Shown: piece by piece, positions 9,479 through 19,678 of the stretch
Position numbering within the stretch: position 1 is the first letter of the stretch
Layout: each line of letters begins with the position of its first letter
Source: a bacterium
GTDB lineage: Bacteria > Bacillota > Negativicutes > Veillonellales > Dialisteraceae
Direction: 5' to 3'
NCBI GenBank assembly: GCA_963640485.1
Contig: CAVHZP010000001.1
Location: 1-49,296 of the forward strand
Length of the DNA: 49,296 bases
The notes under the pieces: model-generated
Seen by the model: only the letters and a program-made list of their open reading frames with translations
Told to the model about the DNA's origin: nothing
Databases searched by the model: none
Position numbers and translations under genes: made by a program

Positions 9479-11968
9479 ATGTTTGATAAGTTTTTTGACA
9501 GACTGTTCAATGGATCCAATGAAAAAGAAATCAAGAAAATTCGTAAGATTGTTGAGCAGCAGATTAATCCCTTGGAAGATGGGCTGAAAAAGCTGAGCGA
9601 TTCTTCCTTGGCACACAAGACCAATGAATTTAAATTGCGTTTGTCCAAAGGGGAAACGTTGGACGACATTCTCCCGGAAGCTTTCGCCGTCATCCGCGAA
9701 GCTTCCCGTCGTGTACTGGGAATGCGTCATTTCGATACGCAGCTCATCGGCGGTATCATTCTGCATCGAGGAAATATCGCAGAAATGTGCACTGGTGAAG
9801 GTAAGACCCTGGTGGCTACATCGCCGGTTTACCTGAATGCCCTGGAAGGAAAAGGTGTTCATGTCATCACCGTCAATGATTACCTGGCAAAGCGCGATAG
9901 TGAATGGATGGGACAGCTGTATAAGTTCCTGGGCCTTTCTACCGGGCTGATTATCCATGACCTGGATTTCAACCAGCGCAAACTGGCTTACAATTCCGAT
10001 ATCACTTACGGCACCAATAATGAATTTGGTTTCGACTATCTGCGTGATAACATGGTTACTTCCCTGGACCAGATGGTGCAGCGGCCATTGCATTACTGCC
10101 TCATCGATGAAGTGGACTCCATTTTGATCGACGAAGCCCGTACACCGCTGATTATTTCCGGACCGGGACAGAAATCCACAGATAACTACTATGTACTGGC
10201 GAAACTGGTTCCTCAGCTGAAAAAAGATGAGGACTACACCATCGACGAAAAGCAGAAGACCGTAGCGCCCACCGAAGCCGGCGTGGCGAAGATGGAAAAA
10301 CTGCTGCATGTAGAAAATCTGTATGATGCAGAAAATCTGGAATTGAACCATCTCTTTGTGCAGGCCCTTCGTGCGCAGACCATGATGACCCGCGACAAGG
10401 ATTATGTAGTTAAAGATGGGGAAGTCGTCATCGTTGATGAATTCACCGGCCGTATGATGTATGGCCGCCGTTACTCCGACGGGCTGCACCAGGCTATCGA
10501 AGCAAAGGAAGGGCTGGAAGTACAGCGCGAAAGCCAGACTCTGGCAACCATTACCTTCCAGAATTATTTCAGAATGTACGACAAACTGGCTGGCATGACC
10601 GGTACCGCTAAGACGGAAGAACAGGAATTTATCAAGATTTATGGACTTCCGGTATTGCAGGTACCCACCAACAAGCCGATTCAGCGTAAAGACCTGCCGG
10701 ATGTGATTTTCAAAAACCAGCGGGGCAAGTACAAAGCGGTCGTGAAGGAAGTACAGCGTCGTCATGCCACCGGGCAGCCGATGCTGATCGGTACCACTTC
10801 CATTGAGCAGTCGGAAGAATTGTCCCATATGCTGAAACAGGCAGGCATCGTTCATAGCGTGCTGAATGCGAAGTACCATGAAATGGAAGCTGCCATCGTA
10901 GCGCAGGCAGGCCAGAAGGGACAGGTCACCATCGCCACCAACATGGCAGGCCGTGGTACCGATATTTCCTTGGGCGAAGGCGTCGAAGAACTGGGCGGCC
11001 TCGCTATCATCGGCACAGAACGCCACGAAAGCCGTCGTATCGATAACCAGCTTCGCGGCCGTGCCGGCCGTCAGGGCGACCCGGGCTCCAGCCAGTTCTT
11101 CCTGTCTCTGGAAGATGATCTGCTCCGCATTTTCGGCGGCGACAACATCAAGAGCTTCATGGAAAAAATGGGTCTCGAAGAAGATGAACCTATCAACAGC
11201 CGTATGGTTTCTAATGCCATCCAGAAGGCGCAGAAGCGCGTAGAAGCCCGCAACTTCGATATCCGTAAGTACGTACTGGAATACGATGATGTCATGAACC
11301 AGCAGCGTAAGGTAGTCTATGATCAGCGCCGCAAGATTCTTGAAGGGGAGGACATGAAGGACCAGATCCTTTCTATGGTAGACTCCATCATCGACCGTGG
11401 TATGACGGCTTACGCCGACCCGAAACTCTATCCGGAGGAATGGGACTTTGCAGGCCTTCTGAAATATGCGGAAAAATATTTCCTGGCTCCCGGCGAACTG
11501 AACCTGGAAGAAGTTGAGGAAATGAGTCGTGAAGAAGTGGAAGACAAGCTGAAAACCATTGCTCACGAAACCTACGAAGCCAGAGAACAGTCCATCGGCT
11601 CGCCGATGATGCGCGAACTGGAAAAAGCAGTCATGCTGAAAGTGGTGGATTCCAAGTGGATGGAACACTTAGACGATATGGATATGCTGAAGGAAGGCAT
11701 CAGCCTCCGCTCCTACGGTCAGAGAAATCCAATCGTAGAATACAAGGTAGAAGCATTCGATATTTTCGAAGAAATGCAGCAGGCTATGATGGAAACCATC
11801 ATTCTCTACCTCTACCACATCCAGATCCGCTTCGCTGAAGAACCGGCAGAAGAGAGAGCCCACCTGGAAAAACCGGCAGCCCCGGAGGACCACTTGCAGG
11901 GCGCAGAAGAGCATTACACCAATGAAAATGGTAGCGAAGAATCTGCCAATGCAGACGTAAAGAAATAA
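9479..11968 (+). CDS. secA: Preprotein translocase ATPase SecA
   Basis: [62 protein letters not shown]. Confidence 0.99.
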   Translation: MFDKFFDRLFNGSNEKEIKKIRKIVEQQINPLEDGLKKLSDSSLAHKTNEFKLRLSKGETLDDILPEAFAVIREASRRVLGMRHFDTQLIGGIILHRGNIAEMCTGEGKTLVATSPVYLNALEGKGVHVITVNDYLAKRDSEWMGQLYKFLGLSTGLIIHDLDFNQRKLAYNSDITYGTNNEFGFDYLRDNMVTSLDQMVQRPLHYCLIDEVDSILIDEARTPLIISGPGQKSTDNYYVLAKLVPQLKKDEDYTIDEKQKTVAPTEAGVAKMEKLLHVENLYDAENLELNHLFVQALRAQTMMTRDKDYVVKDGEVVIVDEFTGRMMYGRRYSDGLHQAIEAKEGLEVQRESQTLATITFQNYFRMYDKLAGMTGTAKTEEQEFIKIYGLPVLQVPTNKPIQRKDLPDVIFKNQRGKYKAVVKEVQRRHATGQPMLIGTTSIEQSEELSHMLKQAGIVHSVLNAKYHEMEAAIVAQAGQKGQVTIATNMAGRGTDISLGEGVEELGGLAIIGTERHESRRIDNQLRGRAGRQGDPGSSQFFLSLEDDLLRIFGGDNIKSFMEKMGLEEDEPINSRMVSNAIQKAQKRVEARNFDIRKYVLEYDDVMNQQRKVVYDQRRKILEGEDMKDQILSMVDSIIDRGMTAYADPKLYPEEWDFAGLLKYAEKYFLAPGELNLEEVEEMSREEVEDKLKTIAHETYEAREQSIGSPMMRELEKAVMLKVVDSKWMEHLDDMDMLKEGISLRSYGQRNPIVEYKVEAFDIFEEMQQAMMETIILYLYHIQIRFAEEPAEERAHLEKPAAPEDHLQGAEEHYTNENGSEESANADVKK

Positions 11969-12101
11969 TTCCATAAGGTATAAACAGTGATTTCATCAGC
12001 CTCTAGTAGAAGAGATTTGCGTCTTTTCTACGGCTGATGATTTGCTGTTTCTATATAAGAAATAAAAAATAAATGAGAAACAGAAAGCGAGATGACTATC
12101 A

Positions 12102-13215
12102 GTGTTAGAAGATTTGAAAAAAACCTTGACAGACCTGCTGAATCACGAAAAAGAAATAAGGGATTCACTTTGACTTACCTCAGCTGAAAGAACGTATCAA
12201 CAGTTATGATATTCAGATGAGTGACCCCAGTTTTTGGGATGATGCAGAGAAAGCCCGCGAGATTTCCCAGGCAGCTACGGAAGCGAAAGATGCTTACGAC
12301 ACCTATACCCGCCTTTTCGAAAGAGCGGAAGGATTGAAGGATCTCCTGGACCTGGCGCTGGAGGAAGATGACCAGGCCATGGAACCGGAACTGAAGGCGG
12401 AAATTGACGAGCTGAAAGAAATCTTGGACAAGAAGGAAATCGAACTCCTTTTGAGCGAACCTTATGATGCCAATAATGCCATCATCACCTTCCACGCCGG
12501 TGCCGGCGGTACCGAGGCCCAGGACTGGACCGAAATGCTGATTCGCATGTACATCAAGTGGGCAGAGGCAGAAGGCTTTACCATCGAAGAGCTGAATATG
12601 CTCCCCGGCGATGAAGCAGGCATTAAGAATGCAGAATATATGGTGAAAGGCAAGTATGCCTATGGTTTCCTGAAATCGGAAAAAGGTGTACACCGTCTGG
12701 TGCGCATTTCTCCTTTCGATGCAGCGAAGCGTCGCCACACCTCTTTCTCAGCGGTGGACGTGATGCCGGAAATCACCGATGATGTGGAAGTGGACCTGAA
12801 CATGTCCGATGTGCGCGTGGACTACTATCGCGCCAGCGGTGCCGGCGGTCAGCATATCAATAAGACCAGTTCGGCGGTTCGTATGACCCATATCCCTACG
12901 GGCATTGTGGCAGCCTGCCAGAATGAACGCTCCCAGTTCCAGAATAAGGAACAGTGTCTCCGCCTGCTCCGTGCGAAACTCTATGAATTGGAGTTGCAGA
13001 AGAGAGAGCAGATGACGAAGGATATCGAAGGGGAACAGCAGGCCATCGAGTGGGGCAGCCAGATTCGTTCCTATGTATTCCAGCCCTACACTTTGGTGAA
13101 GGATAACCGCACCGGTATCGAAACCGGCAATATCCAGGGGGTCATGGATGGTGACCTGACACAGTTTATTGAAGGTTTCCTGAAACAGAACAAGTTCAAA
13201 ACCAAAGCGAAATAA
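12102..13215 (+). CDS. prfB: Peptide chain release factor 2, expressed through a +1 programmed ribosomal frameshift
   Basis: GTG 12102 opens a 23-codon frame ending CTT TGA C (12168-12174) with internal SD-like AGGGA just upstream; the +1 frame (GAC 12172) runs into the 12217..13215 ORF carrying SPF and GGQ motifs. Confidence 0.96.
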
Positions 13216-13227
13216 AGGACAGATAGA

Positions 13228-15255
13228 ATGAAAGTTTTACAAGAGACGGCTTTCAAGGTGCTGGCGGTGCTGGTGCTCATCGGCGCCATGGCCGGCGGCT
13301 TGATTTCCTGGCAGCGCTACCAGGTGGAGGAGAAGGCTTCTACGGTGGAAATGGTCTATGACTATAGAAATATCGTAGAAAGCGCCGCCGTAGAGCGAAT
13401 GAAGGAAGACGATCTTTTCTCGCTGTACAAAAAGAGCGGTGTCACCTCTGTGGCAGTCTATGACGAAACCCTGGAGCACTTGGCGAACCACGGCTTTATC
13501 CAGGTTTATCGTGGCTATGAGTTGCAGGCGAAAGCGGGGGACACTTCCCTTACCGGGGATAAGATCTATATCCAGCCGGTGGATACCGCCGATGGGAAAG
13601 CCTATTTTGAAGAATTACAAGACCACATGAAGATTCTCTACGGAGAAGATTGCAAAGTTCTCACCATTGGAAATACGGAGACGCTGGAAATTGCCGGGGT
13701 CTATGAAAAGATGATCACCGCGCCTTTGGGAATTTTCGAAAATACCGTCAAAAAGGCAGCGGCTCACGATTTCTACGTGGTGCTTCGTCCGTCCAATGTA
13801 CCTCATGTATCTAAGGAATTTATCGACACCTTCCTGAAAGCAGCCGATGCTTCGGACAAGGTGAGCGCCGTCATTTTCCAGGGAAAAGAAGTGCTGGGCT
13901 ACAAAGAGCACGCTGCTTGCGTGTCTAAAGGCCTCAATGAACGGCATATCCCCATCGTTCTCATCGAAGCGCAGAGCCAGCTGGGATTTGAACCCCAGGC
14001 AGGGCTCCTGGATATGGCAAATAGCTCGGATTACCAGGTGGTACGCCTCTATGCTATGTCCAAAGACGAGCTCATCAAATTGGGACAGAAGGAAGCGGCA
14101 GCTCGATTCTATATTTCTGATATCGAAAGAAATATCCGCATGAACCTTTTCCCGTCCTACAAGTTTGCGACGGATGGAAAGACGCTGTCTGAAACCAATG
14201 CGGCGTACATCGCTGATGTGACCAGCCGTCTGGAAAATCACGGCTTCTCCGTGGGCAAGGCGTCCGTAATAGATGCTTACTTCCCGATGATGCCGCTTCG
14301 CGCTTTGGCTATGGCCGGCGCGGTATCGCTGGTGGTGATGACGCTCTTGCTCCTGCTGCCCGGTCTCAGCAAATGGATCTATGGCATCGAAGTGTTGGCG
14401 CTGGCTGCTGCCGAAGGCGGCTACTGGGTGCTGCACATGAATCTGGTGTTGCAACTCCTCGCCCTGGGCGCAGCGGTGTGCACGCCGGTGATTGTAATGG
14501 CCCTGTTCCTGAATTATTGCCTGAAGCGCAAAGACAAAGCCTTTGCTGATGTGGGCTGGGGGAGACTCTTCCTGGAGTCTGCCGGCCTGCTTTGGGGCTG
14601 CGGTATTCTTTCGCTGGCAGGGGCACTCTTCGTGAGCGGCCTTTTGAGCGATATTCGTTTCTTCTTGGAAATGCAATATTTCCGCGGCGTGAAGGTGACT
14701 TTCGTCTTGCCGCTGGCGTTGATTTCTTTCGTGTATATCCAGCATTTCCCCTTCTTTGGGAAAGTGGTGGCGTCGGACAAAGATTTCGTTTCCTTTGTGA
14801 AAAAATTCTGCCATATCCAGATTAAGCTGGGGCTCTTGATAGGCCTGGGGCTTTTGGCTATGGTGGGATTCGTCTTTGTGGGCCGCAGCGGAAACAATGG
14901 CGCGCCGGTGCCGCAGTTTGAAATCGCCCTTCGCCGTTTCCTGGAAGATGTGATGTATGCCCGTCCGAGAGAGAAGGAATTCCTTTTCGGCCATCCGGCC
15001 ATGCTGGTGGCTATGGCGGCGCTGTACCGGAAATGGCCGCAGATTCTGCACTATTTCCTGATTGTAGCAGTTACCATCGGCCAGGGTTCTATGGTAGAAA
15101 CTTTTGCACACATGAGAAGTCCGTTCATTTTGAGCTTTATCCGCGGACTGGATGGTTTGGCAGCAGGGACTCTCTCTATGGTAGGTGCATTGATTGCAGT
15201 GATGATTCTGGTGAGAATCACCAAGTTCTTTGGTGAGCGATATGGCAAAGTATAA
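13228..15255 (+). CDS. Polytopic membrane protein, DUF5693-like, typically csaB-linked
   Basis: N-terminal TM, large soluble domain, ERNIRM, FRGVK, GRSGN, RPREKEFLFGHP, ETFAHMRSP motifs; overlaps csaB. Confidence 0.75.
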   Translation: MKVLQETAFKVLAVLVLIGAMAGGLISWQRYQVEEKASTVEMVYDYRNIVESAAVERMKEDDLFSLYKKSGVTSVAVYDETLEHLANHGFIQVYRGYELQAKAGDTSLTGDKIYIQPVDTADGKAYFEELQDHMKILYGEDCKVLTIGNTETLEIAGVYEKMITAPLGIFENTVKKAAAHDFYVVLRPSNVPHVSKEFIDTFLKAADASDKVSAVIFQGKEVLGYKEHAACVSKGLNERHIPIVLIEAQSQLGFEPQAGLLDMANSSDYQVVRLYAMSKDELIKLGQKEAAARFYISDIERNIRMNLFPSYKFATDGKTLSETNAAYIADVTSRLENHGFSVGKASVIDAYFPMMPLRALAMAGAVSLVVMTLLLLLPGLSKWIYGIEVLALAAAEGGYWVLHMNLVLQLLALGAAVCTPVIVMALFLNYCLKRKDKAFADVGWGRLFLESAGLLWGCGILSLAGALFVSGLLSDIRFFLEMQYFRGVKVTFVLPLALISFVYIQHFPFFGKVVASDKDFVSFVKKFCHIQIKLGLLIGLGLLAMVGFVFVGRSGNNGAPVPQFEIALRRFLEDVMYARPREKEFLFGHPAMLVAMAALYRKWPQILHYFLIVAVTIGQGSMVETFAHMRSPFILSFIRGLDGLAAGTLSMVGALIAVMILVRITKFFGERYGKV

Positions 15256-16339
15256 GATTGTAATTTCCGGATACTATGGCTTCCATAATGCCGGAGATGA
15301 GGCCATGCTTCTGGCCATACTCCAGGCGCTCCGAAAGACATTTGACAGCCCGGAAATCACTGTCATTTCCGGAAATCCTGCAGCCACGGCGAAGACTTTC
15401 GGCGTAGAGACGGTACCGCGGTTTGGCATGTTCTCCATCTTGAAGGCTATCTTTTGCAGTGACCTTCTGATCAGCGGCGGTGGCAGCCTTTTGCAGGACG
15501 TGACCAGCTGGAAAAGCATGATTTATTATCTCACCATCATCATCGTGGCGGTGCTTTTCCGGAAGCGGGTTTTCCTGTACTCCCAGGGCATCGGCCCGGT
15601 GCGGTACCGGGTGATTCGTATCATCTTGAAGCACGTGCTGAATTACGTGGATGCCATCACCGTGCGGGACAAAGAGTCGAAAGGCTTCCTGCAACGCTTG
15701 GGAGTGCATCGCACGATTTATACCACCGCCGATGCAGTGCTGTCTCTGGACCCTGTTTCTTTGGATCATGGGAAAGAGATTCTCCAAAGAAACAAGGTGG
15801 ACTGCTCCCGAAAGCTGGTGGGCATCGCCATCCGCAGCTGGGCAGATACCGAGCGGTGGATGGAGCCATTCAAGAAATATGTGTATCGCCTCGCCAAAGA
15901 AGGGATCTCTGTGGTGCTCATTCCCATGCAATTCCCTGAGGACAAACTGACCGCAGAGAGAAGCATTGGCACCATGGAGCATGTCTATGTGCTGAAAGAA
16001 CCATACACCATTGAAGAATTGATTTCCCTGATGGGCTCGATGGATGCAGTCATCGGCATGCGGCTTCACGCCATGATTTTCTCGGCGCTCATGCACGTGC
16101 CATTTCTGGGGATTTCCTATGACCCGAAAATAGATAATTTCCTGGCTTTGATTGACCGGAAGGCCACCTGTTCCATCCGCACCATGGATGCGGAGAAGCT
16201 CTATGCAGATACCATGGAGCTCCTCTCGGCAGAACCGAAGGCCCGGGACTGGAGTGAAATCGATGCGCTTCGCCGGCAAGCCTGTGAGAATGTAGAAATA
16301 TTGGAATCGTTAGTGAATCACAAGGAGGAAAACAAATGA
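15242..16339 (+). CDS. csaB: Polysaccharide pyruvyl transferase CsaB
   Basis: ISGYYGFHNAGDEAML, ISGGGSLLQDVTS, QGIGP, ITVRD, GMRLHAMI, ISYDPKI; start re-called at ATG 15242. Confidence 0.93.
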   Translation: MAKYKIVISGYYGFHNAGDEAMLLAILQALRKTFDSPEITVISGNPAATAKTFGVETVPRFGMFSILKAIFCSDLLISGGGSLLQDVTSWKSMIYYLTIIIVAVLFRKRVFLYSQGIGPVRYRVIRIILKHVLNYVDAITVRDKESKGFLQRLGVHRTIYTTADAVLSLDPVSLDHGKEILQRNKVDCSRKLVGIAIRSWADTERWMEPFKKYVYRLAKEGISVVLIPMQFPEDKLTAERSIGTMEHVYVLKEPYTIEELISLMGSMDAVIGMRLHAMIFSALMHVPFLGISYDPKIDNFLALIDRKATCSIRTMDAEKLYADTMELLSAEPKARDWSEIDALRRQACENVEILESLVNHKEENK

Positions 16340-17169
16340 GTCAGCTTACTGCAGAAGAACTCAGTGCGCTTCAAAAGAAAGCGAAGGATGTGCGCATTGA
16401 CATTTTGAAGATGATTACCCAGGCAAATTCGGGACATACCGGCGGTTCTTTGTCGGCAGCGGATCTCCTGACTTTGCTGTTTTTCCGTGAAATGAATGTA
16501 GACCCGGCAGACCCGAAGAAGGCAGACCGCGACCGCGTGGTCCTCTCCAAGGGCCATGCAGCACCGGCGCTCTATGCGGTGCTGGCTGAAAAAGGCTATT
16601 TCCCGAAGGAAGAGCTGGAAACTCTTCGCCAGGCAGGCCATATGCTCCAGGGCCACCCGGACATGAAACATACTCCCGGCGTAGACATGACCACCGGTTC
16701 TCTGGGACAGGGCATTAGTGCCGCTTGCGGCATGGCGTTGGCTTCCAAGATGGACAAGGCTGATTGGCGTGTCTATGCGATTCTGGGCGATGGCGAACTG
16801 GAAGAAGGCCAGGTATGGGAAGCGGCTATGTATGCAGCTCACTACAAACTGGATCACTTGATTGCTTTCGTAGATAACAATGGGCTCCAGATTGATGGGC
16901 CTATCACCGAAGTCATGTCTTCTCTGCCGATTGGTGAAAAATTCGAAGCTTTCGGCTGGCATGTCATCGAAACCGATGGCCACGACATGGCAAAACTCCA
17001 TGACGCCATCGAAGAGGCAAAAACTATTTCCGGCAAACCGACCATGATCGTCATGAAGACGGTCAAAGGCAAGGGCGTACCGGAAATCGAAAACCAGGTG
17101 GGCTGGCATGGCAAAGCACCGAGCAAAGAAGAATGTGAAAGATTTATTAAAGCAGTGGAGGCAGAATAA
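16336..17169 (+). CDS. Transketolase, N-terminal (TPP-binding) subunit
   Basis: SGHTGGSLS, DRVVLSKGHAAP, LQGHP, TTGSLGQG, GDGELEEGQVWEA. Confidence 0.95.
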   Translation: MSQLTAEELSALQKKAKDVRIDILKMITQANSGHTGGSLSAADLLTLLFFREMNVDPADPKKADRDRVVLSKGHAAPALYAVLAEKGYFPKEELETLRQAGHMLQGHPDMKHTPGVDMTTGSLGQGISAACGMALASKMDKADWRVYAILGDGELEEGQVWEAAMYAAHYKLDHLIAFVDNNGLQIDGPITEVMSSLPIGEKFEAFGWHVIETDGHDMAKLHDAIEEAKTISGKPTMIVMKTVKGKGVPEIENQVGWHGKAPSKEECERFIKAVEAE

Positions 17170-18101
17170 TGGGTAAGGCAACTCGTGACGCATACGGCGA
17201 AGCGTTGAAAGAACTGGGCGCAGTCAATCCGGATATCGTAGTATTGGATGCTGACTTGTCTGCATCCACAAAGACCCAGACTTTTGCCAAAGCATACCCG
17301 GATCGTTTCTTTGATACCGGTATCGCGGAAGGAAATATGATGGGCGTGGCTGCCGGTCTGGCAGCTGCAGGAAAGATCCCCTTCGCCTCTACCTTTGCGG
17401 TATTTGGCGCAGGGAGAGCTTACGAACAGATCAGAAACTCCGTCTGCTATCCAAAGCTCAATGTGAAAGTGGCAGTAACCCACGCCGGCCTCACCGTCGG
17501 TGAAGACGGCGCAACCCACCAGATGCTCGAAGACATCACATTGATGAGAGCGCTGCCGAACATGACCGTCATCGTGCCGGCAGATGCTGCAGAAACCAAA
17601 GCCGCTGTGAAATGGGCGGCTGACTACAAAGGCCCGGTATACATCCGCATGGGCCGCGCGAAATGCGATGACATTTGCCCGGAAGATTATACCTTCACAC
17701 CGGGCGTCAGCTATGAAGCCGTTTCCGGCAATGACGTGACTATCATTGCTTGCGGTATCATGGTAGCAAAAGCGGTAGAAGCAGCAGCGCTGCTGAAAGA
17801 AAAAGGTATTTCTGCTCGCGTTATCAACATGAGCTCCATCAAACCAATCGATGAAAAAGCAATTCTCAAAGCGGCCGAAGAAACCGGTGCAATCCTCACT
17901 TGTGAAGAACACACGGTCAAAGGCGGCCTCGGCGGCGCTGTAGCAGAAGTGCTGTGCCTCCACAAGCCGGTACCGATGGCTATGATCGGCACCGAAGACA
18001 CCTTCGGCGAATCCGGCACCGCAGAAGACCTGCTGGAAAAATATGGCCTGACAGCGCAGCACGTCGCAGAAGAAGCGGAAAAGCTACTATCCAGGAAGTG
18101 A
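17169..18101 (+). CDS. Transketolase, C-terminal subunit
   Basis: LDADLS, GIAEGNM, GEDGATHQ, GPVYIR, EEHTVKGGLG. Confidence 0.95.
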   Translation: MGKATRDAYGEALKELGAVNPDIVVLDADLSASTKTQTFAKAYPDRFFDTGIAEGNMMGVAAGLAAAGKIPFASTFAVFGAGRAYEQIRNSVCYPKLNVKVAVTHAGLTVGEDGATHQMLEDITLMRALPNMTVIVPADAAETKAAVKWAADYKGPVYIRMGRAKCDDICPEDYTFTPGVSYEAVSGNDVTIIACGIMVAKAVEAAALLKEKGISARVINMSSIKPIDEKAILKAAEETGAILTCEEHTVKGGLGGAVAEVLCLHKPVPMAMIGTEDTFGESGTAEDLLEKYGLTAQHVAEEAEKLLSRK

Positions 18102-18108
18102 GGAATTA

Positions 18109-18798
18109 ATGATTACTTTTGATCAGGTGTCACTCAAGTACGATGCGAAACACACCGCCCTCAGTAACATTAATATTCATATCGACAAAGGGGAATTTGT
18201 CTTCGTCGTAGGGCCAAGCGGCGCGGGTAAATCGACTTTTATCAAAATCTTGACCCATGAGCTGGTGCCCAGCGAAGGTACCGTCATCGTCAATGGCCAG
18301 CGCATCAACAAACTGAAATCGGGAAAGGTGCCTTACTACAGAAGAAGTCTGGGCATCGTATTCCAAGATTTCCGTCTGCTCACGGAAAAGACAGTCTTTG
18401 AAAATATCGCTTTCGTTCTTCGCGTAACCGGCACGAAGAATGCCAAGGAAATCAAAGCGAAGGTGCAGCGGGTGCTGGACCTGGTGGGACTGCGGGGCAA
18501 GGACAAGGAACTTCCCACGAAGCTTTCCGGCGGCGAGCAGCAGCGTGTGGCCATCGCCCGCGCGCTGGTGAATCAGCCGCTCCTTCTCATCGCCGACGAA
18601 CCGACCGGCAACCTGGACCCCAATACGTCTGATGAAATCATGAAACTTTTCAGTGAAATTAACCACATGGGCACCACCATCATCATGGTCACTCACAACC
18701 GCGACCTGGTCAATGCCATGCACAAGCGCGTGGTCATCATCGAAGGCGGCCATATCGTGAATGACGTGAAGAAAGGGGGCTATGATCTGAATGTTTAG
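18109..18798 (+). CDS. ftsE: Cell division ABC ATPase FtsE
   Basis: GPSGAGKST, GIVFQDFRLL, LSGGEQQRVAIARA, ADEPTGNLDP; precedes ftsX. Confidence 0.96.
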   Translation: MITFDQVSLKYDAKHTALSNINIHIDKGEFVFVVGPSGAGKSTFIKILTHELVPSEGTVIVNGQRINKLKSGKVPYYRRSLGIVFQDFRLLTEKTVFENIAFVLRVTGTKNAKEIKAKVQRVLDLVGLRGKDKELPTKLSGGEQQRVAIARALVNQPLLLIADEPTGNLDPNTSDEIMKLFSEINHMGTTIIMVTHNRDLVNAMHKRVVIIEGGHIVNDVKKGGYDLNV

Positions 18799-19675
18799 TT
18801 CCTTATCTTATTTCTGGGGAGAAACATTCCGTTCCCTTTTCCGGAACCGTTTTATGGCAGTTGCTTCCGTCTTGACGGTGACGCTGTCCATGTTCATTCT
18901 GGGCGTATTTCTCTCGGCGGTGCTGAATATCAACCACATGGCTTCCTATCTGGAAAACCAGGTGGAAATGACCGTCTATCTCCGCGACGGTCTCACCACC
19001 GACCAGGTCATGAGCATCGGGAAATATCTCAAAGCCCAGCCGGGATTGAAAGAGATTTCTTTCACCAACAAAGACCAGGCCATGGTGGAATTTAAAGAAC
19101 GCATGGGGGACCAACAGGGACTCCTAGAAGCCATCAATGGCAATCCGCTTCCTGCCTCCTACCAGATGTCTTTTGAAACACCGGAAGCCCTGAAACTGTC
19201 GGCAGAAGTGGTGGCAGGCTATGAAGGCGTCGAAACCGTGCAGTACGGCAAAGACATCATCGAGCAGCTCTACAAAGTGGCGCAGATTATCCGCCTGAGC
19301 GGCATGGTGCTCATCGTATTCCTCGCGGGCGCTGAGCTTTTCATTATTTCCAATACCATCCGCCTCACCGTCTTTGCACGGCGTCGGGAAATCCAGATCA
19401 TGAAATACGTCGGCGCTACCAATGGATTTATCCGCTGGCCATTCCTTTTCGAAGGCATGGTGATTGGTTTCCTTGGTTCCGGCATTGCCTCCCTCATTCT
19501 GTGGGAAGGCTACAAGATGGTGGTAGACGAAATCGCCTCCGCCGGGCTGGTATTCATTCCACTGATTCCTCTGTGGCCATTCATGGGCTATACCACAGTG
19601 ATCATTCTGGCTATTGGCATCGTTATCGGTGTCATGGGGAGTGCCATTTCCCTGCGCAAATACATGAAGGTGTAA
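18791..19675 (+). CDS. ftsX: Cell division permease FtsX
   Basis: NPLPAS, ISNTIRLTVFARRREIQIMKYVGATNGFIRWPFLFEG. Confidence 0.96.
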   Translation: MFSSLSYFWGETFRSLFRNRFMAVASVLTVTLSMFILGVFLSAVLNINHMASYLENQVEMTVYLRDGLTTDQVMSIGKYLKAQPGLKEISFTNKDQAMVEFKERMGDQQGLLEAINGNPLPASYQMSFETPEALKLSAEVVAGYEGVETVQYGKDIIEQLYKVAQIIRLSGMVLIVFLAGAELFIISNTIRLTVFARRREIQIMKYVGATNGFIRWPFLFEGMVIGFLGSGIASLILWEGYKMVVDEIASAGLVFIPLIPLWPFMGYTTVIILAIGIVIGVMGSAISLRKYMKV

Positions 19676-19678
19676 GCC

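Noticed and set aside
6217..11668. Long antisense ORFs 6217..8403 (728 aa) and 9275..11668 (797 aa)
   Set aside because: They are shadows of hom/thrB and secA on the opposite strand; no recognisable motifs; explained by codon bias.
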